This document shows, piece by piece, positions 21,801 to 36,200 of a stretch of DNA of 64,000 bases (position 1 is its first letter; each line of letters begins with the position of its first letter). The notes beneath the pieces were generated by a model that had not been told where the DNA came from, did no database searches, and saw nothing but the letters and a program-made list of their open reading frames with translations. This stretch comes from Botryllus schlosseri (Eukaryota). The stretch spans positions 21,080,001 to 21,144,000 of the forward strand of contig CM119378.1 of NCBI GenBank assembly GCA_051294905.1, given 5' to 3'. The position numbers and the translations under genes are program-made.

Positions 21801-24131
21801 TCAGCATAAATCATTTCTATCTTTTATTGTTTACGTATCTATAGTGTAACATATTAACTTCTACCTTCTTCTGTTAGGTTGACCGTCATTGAACAAAATT
21901 ATGATTTCTTGGTTAGTTGTAAGTGCTTTATTTCAACTGTGTTATTATATTATAGTAGTATTTAAAGCGGTTGTCATTGCAAAAACCTTGAATTCAAGTA
22001 AAATACCATTTTGCAAAAATTGACCACATGCATGACCAATTAAGCTGCCGCAGAAATTAGTTTATTCGTGTACAAAAATGTAACAACGACAACTGTAAAC
22101 AACTGTAGCTTCGAAATTTGTCAGGTGATGGTGTTCTTGCTGCTAAGTTCCAAAAACAGCGAGTATTCGCACAATATATAAAAGTTTTATTGAAATCACA
22201 CCTTCTCAAGCCGATGTTTTGGGTTTAGCGATATTCCAATGTGTCTGCAACGTATTCGACAATTTCAGCAATGCCTCGAAATATGGATGACTGGGCTTGA
22301 CACCTATAGCTAGCAACGTTTTTTTTCAAGATTGGGCGATATGAATAACTCCAGACGAAACTTTCGTGGTATCATTTCAAGCTTCTGCACTATGTCACGA
22401 CAAATGTTCTTCCACAAATATGACACATTGGTTTTTCATTTATATGTGAGAAAGCAAATTCATTGTTCCTCGCAGAGTTACGAACCCAGTCTGACCGTTC
22501 CTTGTTCTTGTTTCTGTTCAAACCATTCGCGGTGAGGGAAACACTCTTTTATAGTGCACCACATGCACAGCGGTATTCTCTTATACCAGAGTTCAGACGA
22601 ATACCGATTCATATCAATAACTATCTGAACTTGAGCAAAGACATCAAGAAACCAGAACACATCAGAGAATGAGTATTCAAATGAAACAAAGATGGTGCGA
22701 GAAGAGAGCTATAAGTAGCTAAATTAATATGTAACAATACTGTGGCAGTAGTAATTGCGTTCATAACGAAAGATGCCGCATGCCGCAAATAAACGTCTCC
22801 GAGCCGCGAGTTGAGAACCCCTGCTAAATAGGCTACTCGAGTAGTCAGAGAAAGTAGTATTTTGCTACTAGCCACTTCTGCATGACTTGCCTACGCATCC
22901 CACGCAGAAAAGCATTAAAATGATAAGAACAGCGAACTACGTCGGTGAGTGTCTGATCTTAAAGGCTACTCCAAGTTGTTTCGACACCTTCCTATCTTTT
23001 CATGGTATCGCAGTCTTGTGATGTTTTTGAAACGATGAAAATATTAATAAACCTGATTGATTGATTCTTATATTGCAAATTTCCCTTGGTGTGGCCATTA
23101 ATCTCTCCCCGTACCCCATTCCATGCGCCCGCCTTGCTCGCAATGCCGAACCGCCCTGATCAATGCATGGCATATCACACATTCAACAGCCCAGATTCGC
23201 CAGCCATTTATTGCCACAACCGTCCAAACACAGGTTGCCGGAAACGCAAGAAACAAGCAATAGGACGGATCATTGATCAAGCACGAACCTGCAACATCCG
23301 TATCAGTAATAGCAACACAGTCGAAGCGATAACGGCATTGATAAATAACAAGCAAGTAGACTTTTTCGAGGATTGCTCCCGATTGAAACGATTGGGAATA
23401 CTGTCGTGAACAAGGAATTTAGCGTATACCAAACACTTTATATTGTCATGAATGCATGAGATCCACAATGACCGCTCTCTATGTGTGATTCGTGTACAGC
23501 AATAACCTCGCCAAATAACAGTATTGCGGCGGTTTGTAATAAATCAAGAAAAAAATGAGTTACACCTTGCTCCTGTGACACATGACATAATCAGCAACTA
23601 TATCACGTAACATGCCGCTCTCTGCGGCAGTACTCTGCTGCCTATATCAATTTCTAAATACAACGGGGACACGCAGAAAATCCTGGCAGTTGAAGAAATC
23701 GGATAGCGCCGATAAGAAGTTGGTTTTATCACCGATATAGGCTACGTCACAAGGTATGATGGATATTCTTAATACTGCATTTATAATACAAGGAAAAGAC
23801 TCTGCCACTGTAACATTGATACGAAAATCTTCAAGCACAATAGTCTAATCATACCATTGCCACGGATAAGGCTCGGATTTCAAAGATGCGATGGGTATCA
23901 ACGAGTATCATTACTCGTATCATGTAATATCATGCTGGTGTCCCGTCGTCGAGTGTCAAAGATTACCCTGCGGTGATCGACGTGACCTCCCCTGTCTTTG
24001 TTGCTGTAAACAGGCTCCTCTGCGACTAGATTGAGCAGCATTTAACGGAGTTACGACCGGCTCAAATTCTCGATTTCCTCATTGGAGTCCCTTTACACAT
24101 TACCCAATAGCCAGTGGCAACGCAGTCTTCG

Positions 24132-24204
24132 TTACGTCACGCCGTCCTCTTCCATGCGCTGAATCTGCTGGTGGTAGCGAAATTCGGCCCGTAAAGCCTC
24201 AAAC
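24132..24204 (-). CDS. IGSF9: IGSF9-like terminal coding exon
   Basis: Seen: (R)FEALRAEFRYHQQIQRMEEDGVT-stop. Knowledge: resembles the vertebrate IGSF9 RCAALREEF motif. Confidence 0.85.
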
Positions 24205-27200
24205 CTGTTGCGGGAAAAACAGTATGCCAATTCTATATGCAGTTTATACCGTCGAAAGTTCCGGAATCACAAAAAAGAGCGAGATTTGAAACACGGCTTT
24301 ACTGTGACGCCATATTATAGTTTCAATAAATGGGCCAAAACCCGTTCCGTTACACGCCTTATTTCAAGTTGCAAGGGTTTTCAAGCTACAACGTTGATAT
24401 GGTGATCGGCAGAGGTCAGTAACGAAGTACTTCTACTCATTCGGAGTACTAATATGAGTTTTGTCTATAATTGCACTACTTACTCAAGCCGTAATGAATT
24501 TAAACTACTTCTACTTGTGCTGAACTGTTTTCAGATTCCACGACACCGTTGCTTTCGACGGTCCAACTCGAATTGTCGGGATGCGGTTCGATCTCATGGG
24601 TTATTCCTACACGTCTGTCCAAGTCTACATTCATACATCTCATATAGTAGCTTACCTTCGTGCATTATTTTCATCCAGTGGTCTCGGCGATGCGGGCGAT
24701 GGTTCGTCGCTATATTGACTCTGTAATAATCAGAAATGCATTGTAACGCTATCGTTAAAACATCCGTGGGAATGGTTAGGCTATAGGGGATAATTTTTAA
24801 GACATGATGGTACTGGTTCATCACTCGAATTGGCACCCGTGGTTATACCAAGGCATTGCATCAGACATGACACTTGACTGATAGACAGACTTGAACACGC
24901 TCATGATATGATATCCGAGTGTTCGCCACACTTGAACAACACACTTCAGACATGATAACTGGCCCCAGATGTGATAACTGAGTATGACCACAGGGCCCGC
25001 TCATGTTATTCAGATTCATAGCGACGAATATCAGAACGGAGTCAACAAGTTCAAGGTTGGCATTGTCAATTGGACGAGGTCACCAAAATCACAAAAATAG
25101 GATTTCTGTCAGCTGAATGCGGTAACAAATTCAAAATTACACATAGGCACTGATCGTGGATTCTAAGCGATCGAAACCGAAAATTAAATCGAAAATATCC
25201 TTTGACAAAATGGTTCCCGACCGCTCCACTACAATCGCCTTTAGCCCGATTAACCTTCAAGTATTGACGATTTCTAGTGAAGTCCACATTTATTGATAGA
25301 AATACTCATATTTACCGCTATTCGACTCTCGCTTGTAAGCGAGTGGAAGTGTATACGGCGTTAACTATACCTCTGCCTGAGCATCAATGCCGACCAGGTT
25401 GACCATTTCTACTCGATCCCTTCGAAAATTGTCGATTAAGTGCCGAAAATGCATTTCCCATACGGTGGCCGTACTAACCTGGTATTGGGTTCGTGCTGTG
25501 ATATTGTTCGATTCGAGTATGTCGGCGGATCTGGATCGCCTTTCGTCGCGGGATTTGGTGGCTTTCGTTATCTTATTCAGTTCGTTCAGCAATTCCTGTA
25601 AAGATATTTGAGAATGTGACGGAGAACACGCTTGACTAACGATCAACTTGCAATCTTGACTTCAGCGTTGTAAAGCATTTGATTTCAATGTACAACAGGG
25701 TTTGTTAAAGCCGTGGTTTGCGGACTAGTTTTAAGGGGTTGGTGAAAGGCTAATAAAAATCATAGCACTAAAACTTTATCGGACTATGTAACAAACAAGC
25801 TTCCACACGTCCTCTAGCAAAATTAGAAAATGAAAGGTTTCAAAAGTTAGTAATGTAGTTTCGAAAGATGCGTCTCAAAAGAGTGACGAGATCCTAAAAT
25901 ATTACCTACCCGATTGCGGTATCGGGTATTAAACTGATTTTCGCCTACGTGCTTGGTTGAAGATCCATCATGATAGAGTATAAATAACAGAAAGACAGAC
26001 AGAAATTCATTTCCGAACCGATTACACTTGGGCCAAATCGTGACCAACGGCTTGCGAAATGATTGCACACTGTCAATCTGATATTATGAATTTAATTTAT
26101 CAGGCACAGATTATATAAGTACTCTGACACGAATAATTATAAAAATGAAGTATATTTTACGCAATACCACCGACGTATACTGCTGGTGAATGATTTATGC
26201 AGAATACTGTAACGCAGTTCAATGAAGTTCTATAAATCGGCGAGGCTATACGCGCACTATATTGTCACCGCGTTCAAATCAGCGATTCTGGACGGTATTA
26301 CCAGGATTGGCTATTCGTCGATAACGAAGCATTTCCACTTTTTTAGAGGAGTTTTGCTGACTTGCACTATTTGAGAAAGGGTTTAATATTTCAGATTGCT
26401 TACATTAGGGAGCTACGAAAACTTACTTGAAGCAGACCCTGTTCCACTCCTACTCCACTCCAATATTCCTGGAAAAACTAAGCCTGGCATACTTACGCCT
26501 GTATTTAGTTAGTAATTAGTTACTTCTACTTGTGCTTGAGTTTAAATTCACGACGTTGATGGTATTTCTACTTGAATTTCAACGATGCCCATTCTTAGAC
26601 CACCTCTGGGTATTACAAGCCTTCCGTTCAATTTCGCCTAAACATTTGGTGTTAGCGCCAAGAGTATTATCTGTGAATACGTTGACTACACCTATGATCC
26701 ACTCACATTCGATACAGGTCCAGATTTCTTTACCGCCCCGTACTGCCTCAGCGCCTCCACGATGTCGCTCTCCATTGCGTGTTCCGAGTCCCATTCGTAG
26801 TTTTCCTCGACTGAGGAGTTATCCTTCCTTGCTGGTCTGTTCGAATTGGCAAACTGTCACCGATTAGTCCTTTCCGATTAGTACGGCCCGCTGGCGAGTT
26901 ACAACAGTTTAGACTCACCTTTCGTGGGCGCGCGACTGAGCCTGAACCGCGGTTTGTTGAGGCATCGGTGAGGTAGAATTGTTGCTAAGCTCTTGACTGC
27001 CGTAGTCGCTGCTTCCAAAGCCAGCGGTAGCTTGCGCGCTGGTCGGTGTGTTGTTTCCGTGTGGTGAAACGTAATTAGGAGAAGATACCTGACGCGTTCG
27101 TGTCTGGTGGCTTGAAACTAGCCTAGGGGATAGTGTTCTCTCCAGAGGGCTTATAGAATGCGTTGGCTGTGACGGATATCTCGCGTTTGGCGGGAAAAAA

Positions 27201-30200
27201 TGATTTTCGATCGCATTTCCGCCGCTAGGATGCGGTATTACATTCTCAGCACTTGGTGGGAGTATTGAGTTCGATGTCATCCCGATGTGTTCGTTTGCGC
27301 GGGAAATTCCAGCGGGCGGTGAAATCGTCGTCCCTCCTCTACCTGAAGTAATTTTGATAAAAGAGAGCCGACCTGTACAACTAAATAATTCTAATTATAA
27401 TAATTACAACGAAGTGACGGCACACCAATAATAATTATACATTATTATAATTTATGAAATGCTTCCATGTTCTCATTTGAATTACTACGTAATTTCCGGT
27501 TTTCCTGAAAGTGCTTCCGGAGAACTGCAGGGTGAAACGAGTCAGGCTTAGCGCTCACTGTACAGACAATTTTCCTTCTCATGATTGTGAGATTAAGCTT
27601 TGATTTGATATGGATTGAACTTATCTTTTGTTGTTTCTTTCAAATTCATAATATAATTTAATCTTAAAGTGTTTGCGAATTCAGTAATTCTAATTCTACC
27701 ATTAATCCATTTTGAAAAACACTCGGAGCAATAATTCTTATTGTAATCAATTTGGAAAAGATAAAAATATTCTAATGGTTCAGCTCTGAGAGAGAGTGCA
27801 GTGCGTCTTAGCGAAATGGCGACGAGACTAACCCGAATAATCGTGCGGCGGGTTGCCGTTAGCGTCCTTGCAAAATCTGACTTCTATGTCGCTGTTGCTG
27901 CAGTCTATCTCACACGTTGACTGCGGCGTCAAGGGGTCGGACGTTGATGGGTGAGTTGATACTGATGGGATTGGAAATGAGGTTGATAAAGGCTGTGCGT
28001 AACCTGGAAATATAAAAACAGTCCGTCTGCGATGGCGATACAATAGTAAAAGTCCGAGTTTGAATATCTGGAAAGAGGCGTCGCGGGAGTCAGCGGGCTT
28101 TGTTGATGCCAGAGGCAAAAATATTAAATAACGAAGAAATATTATAGCCTAATTACAACACCACATCAGAGTCAACCTATTTTAGGTAAAAGTTACGAAA
28201 TCGTACGACATATTATTACACTGTACAAAATTTCAGCAAGGGGGCATAGTAAAAGGCAGCGTTCGGGTACCTAAATACAATACTAACGCCCCAAACTACC
28301 CTAGATCATCGGAGTCGTGACGTCACGTCGTGCAGTATACTATAATGTACAATAGGATATTCTTCATCTTCAGAGTTACAGGTACGCTCATAGCAGCAGA
28401 TACAAATTCCGAGTGTAACTTACCCGGGTTAGGCGAATATGGCGACATCAGATGGTGCCGGTGTCCATAACTATAACTGGCCCTGCTCCGAGCTCTCACG
28501 TTCTGTAACTGCACCACGGGCGGACTAGGGTGATACTGTTGTCGTGACGGGGCAGGCTGCATAGCCCGCGACTGCTCCGCGGAGTACGAATATCGCGTGC
28601 GCGGCCGCGAGCCGTGAGTCCTGTGATAGCCCGGGTTTTGATACGACAAATCGTGTCTGTCGTTCGATTCCGGAGAGCGCTGACTCGACAGAGCGTCTTC
28701 CACTCTGGCGTGAGAAGAGTAGGTTTGATTGTGAAGGTCTCGCCTTGCGTTTGGAGACTTGTAGGTGGATCGTTGTTCGTATGTCAATGACCGTGACTTA
28801 GCCCCGTATGAACGATCGTGTTTTGCAGGTGACCTAGACGGCGGACGCCTTACGGGACTAGGATCATCGTCTGGGTTATATTCCACTGTCCGTCGCGCTA
28901 TAACTCTATTGGGAGACACATCAGGAGAGGAATAATAGTCTTTAGGCGAAGACGCGTGCGCCGGGTGGATACGACGCGTTGACGCGTCGACGGAAGCGTC
29001 ACGGTTTGTTACGTCACATATGTCGTCGTGAGAAGATGCGAATCTCTCTCGTCTGCTATAGGCGAGGGCAGACTTGGCAGGACTTGATTCGGCGATAGGC
29101 CGACTTTTAGGCGTACGCTTTAAAGTGCCGACCACAGCGAAAACGGGGCTTTCTGAGCTGTCGCTGGCAAGCCCGCCAAATGACTCTTTTCTGTCGGAAT
29201 TGCTGGACTTGTGGCTTTTGCGCTTCATGACAATCATGCGACGTTGCTGACCGGCGCCTTCACCGTCGATTTTGCGGCTGTACAATCGTATCCTGGGCTT
29301 GCCGTCGGTGTCGAATGATGAAGTGAGATTGGCCCGTTCAGGATGTGACGGCATGACCCGTTCCGGGGAGGTAGAGGCGGACCGCGTCCCACCGCGCAAT
29401 CGCAAGTCTTTGTGAACTGTCAATGAAAATAGTTACACACGGCAAAGTATAAAGACCAGAAGTTTAATGCTGCATACTGCATACTTAGAGACATTGCTAA
29501 AATATAATTACGGGAAAGCAACATTTAACAACGAACCTGCGTCACGGATGCGCAGTGACACGATCAAAGAACGTTGCTAGGGCTAATTTAAAAAGTGTGC
29601 GAATGGTATATATATGCAGAAAAAGTTTCAACTAACATTGGTTGGAAGGGATGCATTTTGTTTTGAACAATGAAGAGATGGGTATTAATGATGTGACGAA
29701 TGAAGTGGACATCAAAAATTTTGGAACGCATATCAGAGAGCAACTAACAGTGAAGAGCATCCTCAGGCGAGGGTAAACGAATTGTGAACAAAAACTCACA
29801 TCTTTGCTGGGTTTGATCGGCGAATGACCGTCTCTTGTATAGCTCCAGCAGAACCTGTGGGGTGATTTCTCTCCTTTTACGAACGGACGACCTGAAATAA
29901 TAGGTTTCGACTAAAATATTTCTCATTCACCCCTACATTTTCAGGATATTATCTGTTGGTGGGATACCTTACCTCTATCATCTTTCAAGATATTCAGAGT
30001 TGGTCAAAATAGTCTGCGTTGGTACTCAAGTAGAGGTAATACAAGAAATTTCTACTCAATTACAAGTACAAGTAACAATTTCCCAAGACATTTCAAAACT
30101 ACTTCAAGTGAAAGATAAGAAAAGTACTCAAGTTAGTGGTTCAAACACGTAGTGGTCGAAGGGGTGCATACCTTTAGCATTTGATATATACTGGCTATAA

Positions 30201-33200
30201 CTGAAAAGTCTCATTCGATTTCGAGAGAATATTCGACGTCGATGGGCCTTCAGTTCGGTCCGGATATCATGCTATCTGATTCGATTGAAACTCCGATCCG
30301 AAGTAGAAATTGGTTTCCACCCGTCCCTCTCTCTTACCTGTCCGAAGACAAAGTCGCTTTTTTTAAGTCCGTCTCCCCCGCCTGGCTGTTCTTCCTCATA
30401 AACGCATCGAACACGGCGTTGGCCTCTTTGATTTTGCTCTTTTGCAAGAAAGGGGTCTCCACCCCATCAGCGTCCTCCGTGTGCTCGCAATCGTCCAAGT
30501 CTATCCTGTCCATGCCTCGGATCCCGCCGTTTGTCTTTGCCGTCAAGTCAACCACGATCGAGTTCGATATTACTTCGCCGTTTATGCGTGGCCTGGGAGA
30601 CCTGGGACATGTACAGTTAACTTGTATACAGAAGTGATCAGTAACGAATGGCTGATACTTTTTGGGAGTAATCATGAAGGATTGCAATACTGTCACTACC
30701 GACTCATATCGTGATCTTTCCACATTGCTTCCATTTCTTCCAAGGTTTGTTTACGCAAAACTACGTACACCTTACATTTTGAAGATTTTAAGGATTGGTT
30801 TCCTTTTATGAGTGAAGTAGGCACTGCATCATGGTGACTCAATGTTATAATTCCGTCCGTATTGATTTTGCCTTGGCCGCGAAGTCGCATCTTACAATTT
30901 CGAAAGTATAGTCAACTCCGATTAACTGCTAAGGCATACGACAGACTTGACATAAACCTACTTTGTCACTTATGAACTTCCAAGCATACGCAGACAGAAG
31001 CAACCGAGTCACAAACAGAACAACAAATCGAAGTAAACTAATTAGATTAATCACTGCCTAGACACCAAGTGCCTTGAGCATTAACCACAATAACTACTTC
31101 TACTTGTAATTGCGTTGCAATGGAAGGCCTTATTTCTACTTCTAATCGAGTAGTAGCACTTCATGCATTGACAATATCTGCTTGTAGGGCAGGACCAGTC
31201 ATTTCGTTACGGAAGGCCATTGTCCCAATCGATTTGGAGCAGTGGTTCCCATCGTCAGCGCACCTGGGAGCGTTGCTAATCTAATTGACAGGGGACGATA
31301 GCTACAATGTAGGCGTTATCCACTATGGAAATATGTTTGCAAATCCGTAAGTAGAATATAATTATTTGCTCTATTTCGCACTGAGAACATACACAATGTA
31401 CGTGAATATATGGTCACGTCGTTTTCATTCGTACAAGTTAAATCCAATCGGAAATCGTTATCAATTATCTCCGTAAATATTCAACCTATTAGTTGTAGTT
31501 GTTATGCAGCAATGAATTTTTTTTCAACGAATTCAATCAAACTAATCAATCAATCAATCAACGAACAGAATTATCACCTAGCAAGGTCTGTGGTGCTCAG
31601 GTCCTGAATGCCCTTACGACAAGTAGGGAGGTTAAGGTGCTTGACGCAACACAAAGAGCTAAGATTGCTTCAAAACAGAAATTGCCTTTTATTTTATTTC
31701 ATTTCTTAATGGCATCCTGAAATTTGTAGAGTTGTCATCGACATAACCCGCAACGTGCCGACTGCTAGTAGGATGAACCGAAAAAAGCGCCAACTTTAGA
31801 TGATATGTGCAATTATATTCGGGGCTAGGGGTGTGTGGGTGTTTGGTACCTGGCTCGTTTGGGAAAATCTGCTTTCAGATAACGCGTATGCGACCTTTTT
31901 AATGCGACATCTGGTGTTTGAACTAGATTCCAATTTCCAAGAATCCCACTGTTTTGATTAAGTATTTTGCAGTAACCTAAATTTCAGCTTGCTTGGAATG
32001 TAAATCAGTTTCGGTGACTAAGCTACCACGGGTTCCATGTACTAAGGATACATATCATCTAATCAATAGTTCGCACAGATTTTGGGAGAAATATTAGCAG
32101 ATTTATCGCGAGGGCCATACGACGATGAAGTGCTCGCGAAACTGCTGGCTTGAACACTCTAAAACAACGCATACGCAGGAATATAAACAAATAGTATTGC
32201 TTACCCGACGTTATCAGTATCAGTAGTGCTTGTAGTGACATACCGCTGACCTGTAATACACAACAAGCTGTTAAAAACTATGCTTAAATGTCATTAGAAA
32301 CTAGACGACTACCTTTCACTGCTTTCCGCCTACGGCAGCAAAAGCATAATCCCAACATCGTCGACAGCAAGAGAAACAATATCACGCCTACAATGATTCC
32401 GATCAAAGCAGGGTCGCTGATGGCGCTGGCAGAGGTAACAAAGCCACCGTAGCAAGGGTAAGCAGCCAGCCCTGAAGAAAGCATTGCCTTTATTATGCCA
32501 GTATCGTGGTTAACGGAGAGATTGGGCGAGATGGGAGATCGTTTTCAATAATGCGTATGTTCGTACTGGGACCAGTGCAGCGCCATCAGTATATCTAATT
32601 AGGTGATAGGATATGAGACCTGCATCTGTGCATCAACCTGGGGGTGTACCAAACACATCAATTATTATCGATCAATATTGCTATGGGGTAACTGCTCAAT
32701 GCTGAAGTAGCAATAGTCATTTGATGATAACTGGAAGAAGTGAAAAATTCATATGGTGGAGTTCTTCCCTCATACCAGGCAGATTTGGACAACTAGATAA
32801 TTCCAGGTTTTTTTATTGGAAAAATCATGGCAAAATGCCGGTCATCTAACTCCAACCTAATTTGTGAAATGATTTCATGCTCTAATTTGAATTCTAATAT
32901 AATTACTGATTTTCTTAATGATGCCAATCTAATTTTCTACGTCTCCAACACTCCTATAAGGTGGCTCACGTTTGACACCATATAAGGTGCAGAATGCACA
33001 TTGCACAGCTGCGAGTAACACTTCCTTGAAGGAGGTGCAGTGTAACCATCTGCATGTTGCTTAAAGGAACCACACAGGTCAAAGCCTAACTGTCCTATCA
33101 CTAGGGCGATTTTTTTTTGACATGTCAAAAAAAGTCAAAATAAGGTCAAAATTTCAGCGTTAGGTCAAAAAAAGTCAAAATTGTTTACAAATACTAAATA

Positions 33201-36200
33201 TTTTGAAACCTGCATTTCATTTGTATCGTAGATTTTGCACAATCGGTGAACTTATCGGTTGACATTTTACAGCTTGTAGCCTACTTTATAGGCCTACCGT
33301 TGCAGACAGGGCATTGTCTGCTCATTGTGAATCATAAACACTGTCAAATGAAACAAATAGGTTGACACGGTGTTACGCTCAACGTACCGCAATATCCTAA
33401 GTGAAGCAAGACTGCATGGCTCTTTGCATCTTTATGAAAATTGAGATGTACACCATTGTCAGAATGAAGCAACACGGTGTAGGCTATCACCAGCAGTGTA
33501 CGCTCGCACAACTTCAGTGTTGTCAGCCAACAGCTGCTACAACTGAACGTTCTTTCTTCATTCTTCTTGTTTTTTGTATATTCATGGTGTTTGTCGACTA
33601 CAATGGTCATTTACACCAGGCCAATATTCCTTATTTTCGATTCCGTATCAGCCGAGTAGGCTATCTGCCAATTTGTAGCTCGGCTCACTTCTATGCTTTT
33701 TGTAAGACACCGCTTACACGGATGAAATGGCGAGGGGGAACCTAGATAAACCTTCAACACTTGGGTAGGAATTCTGGAGTCGACCTCGGTCGGACTAGAA
33801 CCCACTACCCATTGGTGTTGTCGCTGTGAATTATCCCACTATACGCTATCTCGCCACATCTCCATTCTTGGCAAGCTACCTAGTAAAGACAGACACTTTT
33901 TACCCGAGAATCAGTGATATCTAGAACTAGATATCTAGATATACCGCCGAGAATGTGGAATAGTATCTTTCGTTGTACTACAACAAATTTTAATTATTTT
34001 CACCATAGTACGTCATGTACTGGAATTCATCATAGGGCCTGATTTTGTTAAAACAATATTTTGTCATGTAAAAATTTGTCAATTTTTGAGTCAAAAAAGT
34101 TTTTTCAGGTAAAACTACTTCGTAAGGGTAGACAGTTCAAACCAGAAATGAGGATAAGTAGTACAATTCTAACATTTTTTGGGAAAACACCTAATTTGCA
34201 TACGTTAGGTCAAAATTTGGTCAAAATTTAGTTTTTTAAGGTCAAAAAATGTCAAAATTTAGATTTTTTAGGTCAAAATCTTTCATTTTTTAGGTCAAAA
34301 AAAAATCGCCCTACCTATCACCATTCGTGTTTTACTATGCTGATTGCCAATCCTATATCAGAAAATAAAGCCTATAAATCCCTAAAGTGACTTTTCTAGT
34401 TGGTGTAGCCTATTCATAAAATATATAGTACGTTCTATACTGTACACTACCAGAGATTGAATGGTCAGTTTACCGGATATCAGTGCTGATATCCAACCAG
34501 ATATATGCAGTCATAAAGACTGACACTAAATATATATCAGTCTACCACCACTCAGGTTTACGCAGCAACCCTATAATACCGTCGCATGAACAAATAACGT
34601 ATACTCCTGAATTGACATACAGTCGACCGAGATGATCGTGGTATCTATTTGCCTTCTAGCAACCATTTTAAGGCGCATGGAAACACAATAAAGACAAAAC
34701 AACAAGGCTTCAGCACACGTTGTTTTACAACTGGCACAATCCTCACCTTACAGAAGATTAAATACAACCCTCATCGACATGCTCGCTAAACAGCAAATGT
34801 CAAATATAGTGCAAACCCTTTCCATACCTGCGGTCGAGTACGATACCGGATTGCTGGGCCGGCTGTAGTCGCTCGCGGTAGCCGTCAAAGCTCGAAACTC
34901 ATAATCCACATCGCGGTAAAGCTGATCTGATTTGATAACGACGGCTGTGACGTTTTCGTACGTGTTGGTCAGCGTGTTCCAAGCTTCCTTCTCCGGCATA
35001 GGCTCGTGAGCATCTCTCTTTGTACGCTTGATCTCGGACGATGCTGAATAGCGAGATCGATACTAGCCATGTACGAAATTACCAGTCTTATATTAAAGCA
35101 GTGCAGTATTGATTTTGGGGTCAGAAAGTCGCGAACTCAAATGACTTCTTGTTCCTCGAGTCGGTATCAATTGTATACTGTAAATACGTGGGAGTAAACT
35201 GGTGTATTTATCGGATTTCTATCCATAGTCCCAGTCAGGACATGACATTGTCTAGTAGCAAAATATGGTACCAGAAAGTGCTGTTCACCTAATTCGCACG
35301 AAAAGCCATGGTGAAAATCAACGAAATGTACGATTTTCGTTCACAGTGTATTACGTACTATTATATTATGCAGCACTGGAAAGATTCACAGTCTTTCCTC
35401 GTTGCTCGAGTGTTACTCAAATGATACTCAAAAGCATGGACTAGATTTCTACAATCGGATACGTGTTGTTACGTCTGATGCACAGCAGATAATTGTCATC
35501 GTAGCATGATACTGGGGCCAAATGATCACAAATCGCGACGGAAAACGTTGCTCTACGACTTTACAGGTATGGTAGCATTTATTATGCTCAAGTTTCTGTA
35601 AGGTGTCTGATTCCACTTTATCACTTCGACACTGCTTATCAGAAGTACCTTGTCATCGTATATAGAATGCATTGCTGTACTTACAATATACACGAACTGC
35701 TTGTAACAGTGCATTGCGCACAATAGGTGGACGAAATAGCTCAAGTATTACGGACACAAAAGTTAATTTCAAAAGCGCACATCAGTAAGAATCATTTCGA
35801 AATGATGAATTCTATCGCTTTCACGATTACGTCGCTGGCTGCAGGTAGTAGCCTAAATGGCAATTATATATTGTTTCGACTTCATTTTGAAATTCACTTC
35901 AGTTTTTTCAAATCATTCATTCGTGCTGTTCTACAGTATAGTTTTCAAATGATGTAGGATGTGCAAATTCGATTTTTGATGGAGCATAATTTCAGAGCAA
36001 CAGGTGAATGACTACTGTGACATATTTCAATTCAACTTCAGCGTGGACAAATATTGACCTAGCTAATAATAATTGCAAATCACTGGTATTTACGTAAAAT
36101 CCGGGGTAGAATCTATCTTTAGTAGAATATTTGAACCATAACCACGGAATACACCCCAGCAATATATAATTATGAACAAACGAATCACAACACCTAGTAA

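Noticed and set aside
22330-23470. Coding gene or LINE ORF downstream of the IGSF9-like stop
   Set aside because: Several short ORFs on both strands with no motif I could recognise.
28323-29423. Stand-alone 366-aa gene
   Set aside because: It is bounded by splice sites in phase with neighbouring exons of the IGSF9-like gene.
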